DNA from: Nanobdellota archaeon
Lineage (GTDB): Archaea; Nanobdellota; Nanobdellia; Pacearchaeales; GW2011-AR1
Direction of reading: 5' to 3'
Length of the DNA stretch: 64,000 nucleotides
NCBI GenBank assembly: GCA_038045445.1
Contig: JBBSYC010000001.1
Location: forward strand, 35,140 to 99,139
In this document: piece after piece, positions 37,931 to 47,380 of the stretch
How positions within the stretch are numbered: position 1 is the stretch's first letter
How the letters are laid out: each line of letters opens with the position of its first letter
Notes under the pieces: model-generated
What the model saw: only the letters and a program-made list of their open reading frames with translations
The model's database searches: none
Told to the model about the DNA's origin: nothing
Translations under genes and position numbers: made by a program

Positions 37931-40105
37931 ATGAAAAGAGGATTTTTTTTAGTTGTATCTGTTGCTTTTGCTATTTTAGCTCTTTTTGTTTTATATCTTG
38001 ATGTTGCCAGAGATTGCGGTTCTCTTAGGTGTGTTGCGCGTTATGTTTCTACCGGAGAGAGTTTATCAGACTCTCAATTCCCTCCTAAAAAAATTCAGTT
38101 TTTTGACTCCAGTTCAGATTCTAATATTCTTAGTTTTGCTTTGAAGAAGACTATTTCTAAGATTATTTATCCTTTTGTGGAACATGAAGAGGTTTTGCTT
38201 CAGGCAGGTCTTGAGCCACCGGTTATAACTGGAATAGCTCCTCCTTCCTTTTCTAGTTCTTCCGATACAGATGTTTCAGTAATAGGACAGAATTTTGACC
38301 TTGATGCTTTGCTTTTAATCGGAGGAGATGTTATTGAGAGCTCTAGGCTGACTATAACCCCAACAGAAATATTATTTAGTTATATTGCCAATGAACTTCC
38401 TGCAGGAACTCATCAGGTCTCTGTTACAAACCCTTCTTCAGGACTTGTTTCGAATTCCTTTGGATTAACATTGACTACTAGCCCAGTTATAACTTCTCTA
38501 AGTCCACAAACTATAGTAAATAATGATAGTTATATTGTAAATATAAATGGAAACGACTTTAATCCTTTTGCAGTAGTTTTTGAAGGAATTATATTAGATA
38601 GTTCTTCTGGATTGTGGCAATATGTAAGCCCTAATTTGATTAGACTAAATATTCCTTCCGGTTTATCTGCGGGAGATTTTGATATTCAGATATATAATTT
38701 GGATGGTGCTCTGTCTAATATTATGGTTCTTAGGTCCAATTATCCATTTGTTTATTTCTTGAGTTCTTCTCCTTCTCCTGGAGATGTTTTGCCAGGTAGC
38801 TCTTTTGTTTTGGATGTTTCAATAAATAGTGTTGTTTTCACAGAACATGAAGAAGTTGTTTTAAGTTTGCAGACTCCTTTAGGAATTACTTCTAGTTTTG
38901 TTGGTTCAGACAGGTGTATTCCTAATATTCCTTCTACTGTCGTTCAAGGTATTGCTTATTGTAACCTTGCTGTTAATTTTGATGTTGGTTCTATTCCAAG
39001 TGGAAACTATAATCTCTCTATTAATTCGGTTTCTGCTTTGAATTCCGTGAAGGGTCAGATTAACTTTTCTTTGAATGTTATTCCTTTAGGTCAACCTGAT
39101 GGGGATTTGGATGAAGTCCCAGATTCTATTGATTTGTGTCCTAACACTCCTGCAAATGTAAAGACGACTTACGGAATTAATGTATTCAATGGATGTCCTA
39201 TTCCTAATATTTATCCAATGACTGCTTCGCTCACAACTGACTTCTCAAATGTTCCTAATCTATTTGCTGTCGAGAATTTGAGAATGGGCATTGCTGGAAA
39301 CTCTAGCGTTACTTTTAGGGCTCCCATTAGCATGTTATGGGTGAATACTACTGCAGTTCCTTCTCATCATTTGCCTATAGGTCTTGGAGAATGGGCAATT
39401 AACTTATCAGAGAATTATGTTTTCATTAATTCTACAAAGAGACCTATCTTTAATGTTTCTGCTGAAGTAACTTTCTTTGATACTGGACTTACTAATCCTG
39501 TTTTGTATAGAGATGGAGTTATTTGTGATTCAAGTAAATGTCATATTCTTTCTTTCGATACAATATCTGGAGATGTTGTAGCAAATGTTTCTGGGTTCTC
39601 TAGCTACTCTGTCTCTCAAGGTTCTTGTGGAGACTCTATGTGTTCTATTGCAGAGACTTGCTCTAGCTGTTCTGCTGATTGTGGTTCATGTCTAAATAAC
39701 GGTCCCCCTCCTAGTGGTTCTTCTGGTGGCGGTGGAGGCGGTGGGGGATCTAAGGGTAGTAAGGGTTCTTCTTCGATAGTTTATCGTGCAACTCCTCAGT
39801 GTAGCGATGGAGTGGATAATGATTTAGACTCTTTAGTTGACTATCCTAACGATTTAGGTTGTCTTAATACTAGTGATGATACTGAAGTGGATTCTAGTCC
39901 TCTTGTTGGAGATTCAGAGGGACAAGGAGAATCTTTAGATTCGTCTTCTTCTATAAAAGACAAAGATTATAGTATGGGGGTTGTATTTTGGATAGTCCTT
40001 GTTGTGCTTCTAGGAGGCATAACTCTTGTAATAGTAAGGATATTAAAGTATTCTCGTAATCGCAAAAAGTTTTCAGATCTTGCCGAGATGACTTCTAAAT
40101 CATAA
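37931..40105 (+). CDS. giant surface protein 1 (724 aa)
   Basis: N-terminal TM/signal, IPT/TIG-like domains, the shared cassette, then the C-terminal module described in the summary. Tail KYSRNRKK. Many N-x-S/T sequons. Confidence 0.7.
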   Translation: MKRGFFLVVSVAFAILALFVLYLDVARDCGSLRCVARYVSTGESLSDSQFPPKKIQFFDSSSDSNILSFALKKTISKIIYPFVEHEEVLLQAGLEPPVITGIAPPSFSSSSDTDVSVIGQNFDLDALLLIGGDVIESSRLTITPTEILFSYIANELPAGTHQVSVTNPSSGLVSNSFGLTLTTSPVITSLSPQTIVNNDSYIVNINGNDFNPFAVVFEGIILDSSSGLWQYVSPNLIRLNIPSGLSAGDFDIQIYNLDGALSNIMVLRSNYPFVYFLSSSPSPGDVLPGSSFVLDVSINSVVFTEHEEVVLSLQTPLGITSSFVGSDRCIPNIPSTVVQGIAYCNLAVNFDVGSIPSGNYNLSINSVSALNSVKGQINFSLNVIPLGQPDGDLDEVPDSIDLCPNTPANVKTTYGINVFNGCPIPNIYPMTASLTTDFSNVPNLFAVENLRMGIAGNSSVTFRAPISMLWVNTTAVPSHHLPIGLGEWAINLSENYVFINSTKRPIFNVSAEVTFFDTGLTNPVLYRDGVICDSSKCHILSFDTISGDVVANVSGFSSYSVSQGSCGDSMCSIAETCSSCSADCGSCLNNGPPPSGSSGGGGGGGGSKGSKGSSSIVYRATPQCSDGVDNDLDSLVDYPNDLGCLNTSDDTEVDSSPLVGDSEGQGESLDSSSSIKDKDYSMGVVFWIVLVVLLGGITLVIVRILKYSRNRKKFSDLAEMTSKS
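39121..39681 (+). repeat. copy A of a 561-bp near-identical cassette shared by giant genes 1 and 2
   Basis: Read directly; about 3 mismatches over 561 bp against 46345-46905. Encodes DSIDLCPNTPANV...SADCGSC. Confidence 0.85.
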
Positions 40106-40123
40106 ATCTTTATAAAGTCCTCT

Positions 40124-43100
40124 TTGCATTTTAGGACGATGAAAAGAGGTTTTTCTATTTTTGTTTTATTTGTTTCTCTCATTCTAATTCTTTCATTTTA
40201 TTTTGGAAATTTTTATGATTCTAATGAGACTATTAGCTCTGATTATTCTTGGCCTGCTTCAGTTTATCTGTTTCATGATTTAAATTTATTAAAATCTCCT
40301 AATATGGAGACTTTTTCTGGTTCCTCTTGCACCATTCTAGGTCTTTCTTGGGATAGGCAGAAGGCTAGGGCAGGAGATGATGTTAAATTACTTGTAAATA
40401 GCAAAGGTTGTGATGAGGGAACACATGTTCTTCTAACAATATCTGATTCTGATTTATTATCTGATGACACTCTTTCGTCTTATCGTTTACCTTTAGTTTA
40501 TGATGTTACTTCTGCAATATGGACAGTTCCTTCTTTTCCAGATGCATTTTCTGAATTTATGGAAGGAAAAGACATTGAGTTATATATTTCTGCAACTTTG
40601 GATACAGAGGATGTTTTTTCTACACTTGTTTATTCTCCTTCTAATTCATTAGATGTTAATGACCTTAATTTAGAAGATTATTCAATTCCTCTTCTTATTC
40701 CTCTTCAGGAATCTGATGGTATAGGAGATCCTATAACTGGAGATTTGTTGTCTCCAATTCTTTCTGTATCTGCTTCTGATTTAGAGGAAGACCCTCAAGT
40801 TCAATTGTCTGCAGTTTCTCTTGGGGAAAATCAAGTTTTCATAAAAAATGAAAATGTTTTTGCTGTGACTAATCATTTAGCTAGTGTTCCTATTTCTTTT
40901 CAACCTTGTGAATATTTTGATGGAGATAATAACATAAGGCTTAGAGATACTACGACCAATAATATTCTTACTACTCAAATTCAGTCTACGGGATATCATC
41001 AGAAAGATAGTGCCTCATGCACTAAAGGTTCTGTGATGTTTGCAGTTGCACATGTTAAAGTTAGTCTTGCTCCAGGAGAGGAAAGAATTTATGATATTAT
41101 TGAGTCTACTCAAGCAAACTCTCCGTTTGTTTATGCTCCAGAAGTTGATGATTTTGTTATAAGAGGAGCCATTCGGTCTGTTTCAACAGATATTTATGGA
41201 AGAGATTACGTTGCAGATATACCCTTTGCTGGTTTAGAGTGGGTCGTTAATGGAGATGTTGTTCGTATAGGAAAGTACACAAAAATGCATAGAATTGCGA
41301 ACCCTTCTTCATGCAACACTAATCAGCCTTGTTTGAGCTATTTGTTCTCTGTTGTTACTTATTTGACTTTTGTTAGCAATGAACCCATTGTTAGAACACA
41401 GGTTCTTGTTGTAAATGCGATGAACTTTGATGAACTTCAAACTCCGGACTGCTCTCAAACTCCTTGCGTTTATAGAAGGCTTGATAACAATCAACCTGAA
41501 TGGCAGAATGGAAATTTGAAGTATGGTTCTCTGCGATTTAATATAGATGGTTTTGCTAATCCGTTTTCATTTTATTTTCCAGATATGGATATAAGACAAC
41601 CTACTACAATATCCCAAGTAGATAATACTCATGCTACTGTTTGGACAATGCCTTCTGATGGGCAGTATACTTTAGGATGTATCTTAGGAAATACTGGAGG
41701 TTATTGTCCTCCAGAATTTGATAGAGAGAATAAGAATTATCTTGGAGAGGGTCAGAGTTTGCTTGTGGATGGAATTGTTAAGTTTGGGAGTTATAATACC
41801 CCTACATATACGACGCATAATTATTTTGCAGAGAATAAAATAGGTTCTGGACAATCACTTAAAAGATGGACTAAAGTAGACAGATTATTTGAATCTATGA
41901 TTCCAGATACTTCTAAATTAGGTGATTTGAGTAGATGGATATCTCCTGCAGATGCACAGAGCGAGTATGATTCTATTAGACCTTCTGCTTCAAATCAGAG
42001 GACTCATTTTGGGAATGCTCCTATTTATCAAACTAGGCTTACTGAAGCGAGCGAGAGTTTTCCGAGAGACTTTAGAGTGGATATGTATAGTAACCTTTGG
42101 GTAAAATATTTACTATCTTGTGCGGATAGATGTAATCCCAAATATCTTTATGCTCTTAGTTTTAAAAATAAACAGAGCACAATGTTTGTTGGACATCTTG
42201 TAGGTTATGAGCCTTGGGAACATCCCCTTGCTAACCCTTTAATTGATGATGGTACTGGGGGGATACCATTTAGTAGTTCTGCTGGTGCTGAAAGACTTTG
42301 TTATTCACAAAACCCATTTAGAACGACTTACAGAGATACTCTTGGTTTTTGTAATGTTCAGACTCCAAATGCTCACTTATATGATTATGGTGATTTGGGA
42401 ATTGGAGAGGGAAGAGCCCCCCATCATGAATGGAGTGCTTATGGAAGAACTCATTGGGGAACTAGCGAAGCAGAATATGTTTATGCTTCAGGAGACTTGA
42501 TGTTAAGAGATGTTTTCATGAGCACTGCAAAACTTCATGCTAATGTAATTCATCACTCTCCTGACTTGACTCTTACGAAACCAGCAAGTGGTCCTGCAAG
42601 GGGTATTGGGAGAGTTGCTGTCGGCGTTGAAAAAGCTGCGTTCATGACTAATCCATTGATTCAAAGTTATTATTCAGATTCTCTCAAGAGATGGCTTTCG
42701 AGAATTGATGAGAGATTAAATAAGCAGAATCCTGGAGATAGAGGATATAATCCTGTGACTGGAGATCCTTATGCGGTGGGACATTTGGGAATTGATGCTT
42801 GTAATGATGTCGTTTTCGGAAATGGAGAGCTTTGCGGAGAGCAGGTTTGGATGGAGGCTCTTGCTGCTCAAGGTTTAATGGAGATAAGACAGAATATTCT
42901 TGAAACAGGGACACAATATATTCAACTTATGGATACTATACTCTTTCATTTATCAAGATATCTTTTTGATTTCGGATATAAAGATCCTTCACAAGTCAAA
43001 AATAATTTTGTTATTTCCCATCCTATTACCGGACAGTCAATAACTGTTAATGAGGGTCTTGGATATCTGGCTTATTGGACTGCTCATGGGCCATCTCCAG

Positions 43101-46100
43101 GAGTGTCCGTTGTTACAACATATCCTCGATATAATTATGGCCCTGAAACTACAGACCATTGGCACATACCTAATGCTCTTTGTTTGCTTGCCAAGTTCTA
43201 TTCTCCAGATACTACGCGCCAGAACATAGCATTGAAATCTTTTGAGGCTTCATTTGGGTATAGAGGTTATACTTTGAAAGCTGAAAGCGGATCTCATAGG
43301 CTTAAGGATATTTTGCCTCCATCTCTTTCAGTAATCTCTGCGGACTTTTTATGCTCTTTGACACAGTTAAAAAATATTCCGACACCTAATGTAGTTAATC
43401 CTCCTGCGTGTCCTGACGCTGATGCTGACGGATATTCTACTTGTTTAGGAGATTGCAATGATGCAAATCCAAATATTCATCCTAATGTTCTTGAGAGTAG
43501 TGGTCTTTGCAGTGATTCAGTGGATAATAATTGCAATGGTCTACGAGATTGTGAGGATACGGGATGTTTTCTTTGTGGAGATAATACTGCTTGTTATTCT
43601 TCTCTTTATTGTAACTCTAATTCTATAGCTTATTGTGGAAATCTTGTAGTTAATAATCCAAATGCTGTTGGTCTTCAGGAAACTTGCGATGTCAATCCTG
43701 CTCCGCCTCAACTTATCTCTGTAAGAGGTAGTGGACAGAATTCTCTTGGTGACGGAAGATGTATCCCTCCAGGAACTTTACCTGCGCATGGACAAGCTTG
43801 TACTTATGCAATTGCGGCTACATGCGGAGATAATATGGTAAATCGACAATCAGAAGAATGTGATGGAACAGCTGTTGGGATATGCGGGCCTGCAACGTCA
43901 TGTTCTGCATCTTGTTTATGTAATGGTCCTGTATTGAATAGTATTTCTCCGAATAGTATAACTAACCCTACTCAAAATGTAGTTGTTACTGCTAGCGGAA
44001 GAGGTTTTGTTGCTACTCCCACTGTAAAGATTAATAATATTCCCCAGAGCAGTGTTCCTGTTTCTTTTGTTAATCAAAATTCTATTTCCTTGACTTTTAC
44101 GCCCGATTTTTTACAGATTCTTGGTTCTGGAACTCATCAATTAAGTCTTGTAAATCCAAATACTCAAGAGACAAGGAGTCTTTCTTTGACTACTACTATG
44201 AGCGGAGGATTATGTACTAACGCTTTGATGGTTGGTTCAGGAAAACCTTATGCTAAGCCAAGTGATGCTTTGGCAGTTGCTCAAGATGGAGATACAATAC
44301 TTATATTCCCTGGAACTTATCTTGATTATGCAACAATTACTCAAGATAATTTAATTATTAGAGGAGTAAGAGATGCCTCTGGAAACAGACCTAAAATTAC
44401 ATGGAATGGAAATGTGCCTAATGGAAAGGCTCTTTTTGTTTTAAGATCTCCACACATAGTTATAGATAATTTAGAGATGTATGGCGCCGAATCTTCAAGT
44501 GCTAACGGTGCTGCTTTGCGTGTTGAAAGTCCTGTTACTCAATTAACTGTAAGAAATAGTTATTTCCATGATAGTCAGATGCAAATTCTCCAAGATGAAG
44601 GAAACTTAGCATTTACGGCGCTTTTAGAGTATAATGAGTTCGATCATCAAGGAAGTTGTACTAATAATGATTTGAATCTTTGTTCACATTTGGTTTATAT
44701 TAATGGAGGAGCATCCGTGACTGTTCAGAATAATTATTTCCATCATGCGCGGAGAATGCATCATTTTAAGAGCAGAGCTGCACAAAACTTTGTTTTGTAT
44801 AATAGATTTACAGATGAAGAGACGGGACAATCTAATTACCATATAGACTTTCCACAAGGGGGAGATAATTATGTAATTGGAAACTTATTTCATCAAAACA
44901 TAAACACGAGAAATTCTAATATAATTGTAGTTAATACAGAGATTAATGATCCTTTGAAACCAGCACATACACTTCAGAACTTATATGTTGTCGCAAATAC
45001 TTTTGTAGATGATTTTGCAGGAGTTATGGTTTCTTCAGATTATAATACAAACATACGCACTCTAAATAACTTCGTTATAAGAAATAATATATTTATTACT
45101 TCTGCTTTGCAACAAAATGCTTTTGGAGGAAATCCTACTTTCGATTCAAACCTTTTGAGTACCATTGGTTCATTTACGTGGTTTAGAAATGTTTTAGGTT
45201 ATGATTATTCTCTTACAGGGGGTTTGTTAAACACCGGTTCTCCTTATGGTTCTAGTGTTACTGGTTATTCTTTGACTCCTTCTTATCAATATGTTCATAA
45301 TGCCAAACGTGAGACAAGGTCTGCTTCTGGGGCTCCAGATGTTGGAGCTTATGAGTTTTCAGGGGGAGGAGGAAATACTTGCTTCTCTTCTACTGAATTA
45401 TGCGACGGAATAGATAATAATTGTAATAGTCAGATTGATGAAGGAATAGTATGTACTTCTTGCAGTGGCGGACCTTCTGGACCAAGTATTGTTTCAGTTC
45501 AGCCTTATAACTTTTCTATAGCAAACAATACCTTAGTTGTAGTTACGGGGCAAAACTTTGCAAGTAACTCTGATATAAGAATAAATGGTCTTCCAGTTAG
45601 CACTATTAGAACATCTCTGACAGAATTACGTTGGAATTACATTGCTAATTCTTTGTTGGCTGGATTGAATACTTTAACAGTTTATAATCCTCCTACTGGT
45701 TTATCTTCAGGACCATTTTATCTGAATCTCACTTCTCCTCCTAATGCTCCTTCTAACTTTGTTGCAATTCCTCAGTCTTCTACAGTTATTTTGTTAACAT
45801 GGATAGATAATGCAAACAATGAAGATTATTTTGAAATGGAAAGAAGACCTCTTCCTTCAGGTACTTTTGCTATAATGCCTGGAGCTAGTCGTTTGAATCC
45901 AAATAGCAGAACTTATAACAACACTGGCCTTTCCGTTGGAGCAAGTTATGAATATCATGTTCGTGCAGTTAACTCTGCAGGAACTTCGGCTTGGTCTAAT
46001 TTGGCAAATGCGACAACTGCATCTAATCTTGTCCTTACTTCGTTGAATCCCAACTCAACAGTTAATGGTGCCTCTACAAATGTTCAGATGATAGGGACTG

Positions 46101-47356
46101 GATTCTCGACTATTAATTGTGGTATAGAGATTAACAGAATTCTTGCTAATTCTTCTCTTTATGGAATTAATTGTGTAAGTTCTACCAGAACGGACTTTGT
46201 TGTTCCCCCTGGATTATCTTTAGGGAATTATAGCTTGGTTGAAGTTACCTTGAATAATCTCGGAGGAGTTATTGCACGAAGCAATTCTTTAAACCTTACA
46301 GTAGTTAGTGGAAATGTTCCTGATGGAGATGGAGATGGAGTTCCAGATTCTATTGATTTGTGTCCTAATACTCCTGCAAATGTAAGGACGACTTATGGAA
46401 TTAATGTATTCAATGGATGTCCTATTCCTAATATTTATCCAATGACTGCTTCGCTCACAACTGACTTCTCAAATGTTCCTAATCTATTTGCTGTCGAGAA
46501 TTTGAGAATGGGCATTGCTGGAAACTCTAGCGTTACTTTTAGGGCTCCCATTAGCATGTTATGGGTGAATACTACTGCAGTTCCTTCTCATCATTTGCCT
46601 ATAGGTCTTGGAGAATGGGCAATTAACTTATCAGAGAATTATGTTTTCATTAATTCTACAAAGAGACCTATCTTTAATGTTTCTGCTGAAGTAACTTTCT
46701 TTGATACTGGACTTACTAATCCTGTTTTGTATAGAGATGGAGTTATTTGTGATTCAAGTAAATGTCATATTCTTTCTTTCGATACAATATCTGGAGATGT
46801 TGTAGCAAATGTTTCTGGGTTCTCTAGCTACTCTGTCTCTCAAGGTTCTTGTGGAGACTCTATGTGTTCTATTGCAGAGACTTGCTCTAGCTGTTCTGCT
46901 GATTGCGGCTCTTGTGGAGGAAGTAGTGGGGGTGGTTCTTCTGGAGGAGGTTCCGGTGGAGGTGGAGGAGGCGGAGGTTCTAGTGGTGGAGGTGGAAGAA
47001 CAAGTTCTGGACCAGTTATTAATCGTGTTGTTACTCAATGTAGTGATGGTCTTGACAATGATGGAGATGAATTAATAGATTATCCTAGAGATAGAGGGTG
47101 TTTGAATAACGAAGATGATGTTGAACTTGACTCAAGCAATCTTGTTACCGACTCTGAAGATAAAGAAAGGTTAGGAAATTCCGAAGAGAGTTTGGATAAA
47201 AATATAAGATTGGTGTTTTGGATTGTTCTTGCTACTCTTTTGATTGGAATCTCTATTGTTTTGATATTGATATTAAAATATTCGAGAAATCATAAAAGGA
47301 TTAATGCTCTTGCAAAAATGGTGTCTGCTAATGCTTTTGATTTAAAACATAGTTGA
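40124..47356 (+). CDS. giant surface protein 2 (2410 aa)
   Basis: N-terminal TM/signal. Cys-rich MopE/TSP3-like CxDxDxDG motifs (CPDADADGYSTCLGDCNDANP..., CDGIDNNCNSQIDEG). IPT domains. Right-handed beta-helix repeats (NSYFHDS..., VQNNYFHH...). An FN3-like domain. The shared cassette. Gly linker, QCSDGLDNDGDELIDYPRDRGC, TM, KYSRNHKR. Confidence 0.7.
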   Translation: MHFRTMKRGFSIFVLFVSLILILSFYFGNFYDSNETISSDYSWPASVYLFHDLNLLKSPNMETFSGSSCTILGLSWDRQKARAGDDVKLLVNSKGCDEGTHVLLTISDSDLLSDDTLSSYRLPLVYDVTSAIWTVPSFPDAFSEFMEGKDIELYISATLDTEDVFSTLVYSPSNSLDVNDLNLEDYSIPLLIPLQESDGIGDPITGDLLSPILSVSASDLEEDPQVQLSAVSLGENQVFIKNENVFAVTNHLASVPISFQPCEYFDGDNNIRLRDTTTNNILTTQIQSTGYHQKDSASCTKGSVMFAVAHVKVSLAPGEERIYDIIESTQANSPFVYAPEVDDFVIRGAIRSVSTDIYGRDYVADIPFAGLEWVVNGDVVRIGKYTKMHRIANPSSCNTNQPCLSYLFSVVTYLTFVSNEPIVRTQVLVVNAMNFDELQTPDCSQTPCVYRRLDNNQPEWQNGNLKYGSLRFNIDGFANPFSFYFPDMDIRQPTTISQVDNTHATVWTMPSDGQYTLGCILGNTGGYCPPEFDRENKNYLGEGQSLLVDGIVKFGSYNTPTYTTHNYFAENKIGSGQSLKRWTKVDRLFESMIPDTSKLGDLSRWISPADAQSEYDSIRPSASNQRTHFGNAPIYQTRLTEASESFPRDFRVDMYSNLWVKYLLSCADRCNPKYLYALSFKNKQSTMFVGHLVGYEPWEHPLANPLIDDGTGGIPFSSSAGAERLCYSQNPFRTTYRDTLGFCNVQTPNAHLYDYGDLGIGEGRAPHHEWSAYGRTHWGTSEAEYVYASGDLMLRDVFMSTAKLHANVIHHSPDLTLTKPASGPARGIGRVAVGVEKAAFMTNPLIQSYYSDSLKRWLSRIDERLNKQNPGDRGYNPVTGDPYAVGHLGIDACNDVVFGNGELCGEQVWMEALAAQGLMEIRQNILETGTQYIQLMDTILFHLSRYLFDFGYKDPSQVKNNFVISHPITGQSITVNEGLGYLAYWTAHGPSPGVSVVTTYPRYNYGPETTDHWHIPNALCLLAKFYSPDTTRQNIALKSFEASFGYRGYTLKAESGSHRLKDILPPSLSVISADFLCSLTQLKNIPTPNVVNPPACPDADADGYSTCLGDCNDANPNIHPNVLESSGLCSDSVDNNCNGLRDCEDTGCFLCGDNTACYSSLYCNSNSIAYCGNLVVNNPNAVGLQETCDVNPAPPQLISVRGSGQNSLGDGRCIPPGTLPAHGQACTYAIAATCGDNMVNRQSEECDGTAVGICGPATSCSASCLCNGPVLNSISPNSITNPTQNVVVTASGRGFVATPTVKINNIPQSSVPVSFVNQNSISLTFTPDFLQILGSGTHQLSLVNPNTQETRSLSLTTTMSGGLCTNALMVGSGKPYAKPSDALAVAQDGDTILIFPGTYLDYATITQDNLIIRGVRDASGNRPKITWNGNVPNGKALFVLRSPHIVIDNLEMYGAESSSANGAALRVESPVTQLTVRNSYFHDSQMQILQDEGNLAFTALLEYNEFDHQGSCTNNDLNLCSHLVYINGGASVTVQNNYFHHARRMHHFKSRAAQNFVLYNRFTDEETGQSNYHIDFPQGGDNYVIGNLFHQNINTRNSNIIVVNTEINDPLKPAHTLQNLYVVANTFVDDFAGVMVSSDYNTNIRTLNNFVIRNNIFITSALQQNAFGGNPTFDSNLLSTIGSFTWFRNVLGYDYSLTGGLLNTGSPYGSSVTGYSLTPSYQYVHNAKRETRSASGAPDVGAYEFSGGGGNTCFSSTELCDGIDNNCNSQIDEGIVCTSCSGGPSGPSIVSVQPYNFSIANNTLVVVTGQNFASNSDIRINGLPVSTIRTSLTELRWNYIANSLLAGLNTLTVYNPPTGLSSGPFYLNLTSPPNAPSNFVAIPQSSTVILLTWIDNANNEDYFEMERRPLPSGTFAIMPGASRLNPNSRTYNNTGLSVGASYEYHVRAVNSAGTSAWSNLANATTASNLVLTSLNPNSTVNGASTNVQMIGTGFSTINCGIEINRILANSSLYGINCVSSTRTDFVVPPGLSLGNYSLVEVTLNNLGGVIARSNSLNLTVVSGNVPDGDGDGVPDSIDLCPNTPANVRTTYGINVFNGCPIPNIYPMTASLTTDFSNVPNLFAVENLRMGIAGNSSVTFRAPISMLWVNTTAVPSHHLPIGLGEWAINLSENYVFINSTKRPIFNVSAEVTFFDTGLTNPVLYRDGVICDSSKCHILSFDTISGDVVANVSGFSSYSVSQGSCGDSMCSIAETCSSCSADCGSCGGSSGGGSSGGGSGGGGGGGGSSGGGGRTSSGPVINRVVTQCSDGLDNDGDELIDYPRDRGCLNNEDDVELDSSNLVTDSEDKERLGNSEESLDKNIRLVFWIVLATLLIGISIVLILILKYSRNHKRINALAKMVSANAFDLKHS
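46345..46905 (+). repeat. copy B of the 561-bp cassette (direct repeat, offset 7224 bp)
   Basis: Read directly; see copy A. Confidence 0.85.
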
Positions 47357-47380
47357 GGGATAATTTATATATCTTAAAGC

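Noticed and set aside
46754-47075. ORFs 46754-47038 (minus) and 46809-47075 (plus) inside giant gene 2
   Set aside because: They arise from the GGN/GGT codon run encoding the Gly-rich linker (any frame of (GGN)n is open) and are embedded in a 2410-aa ORF with coherent domain structure.
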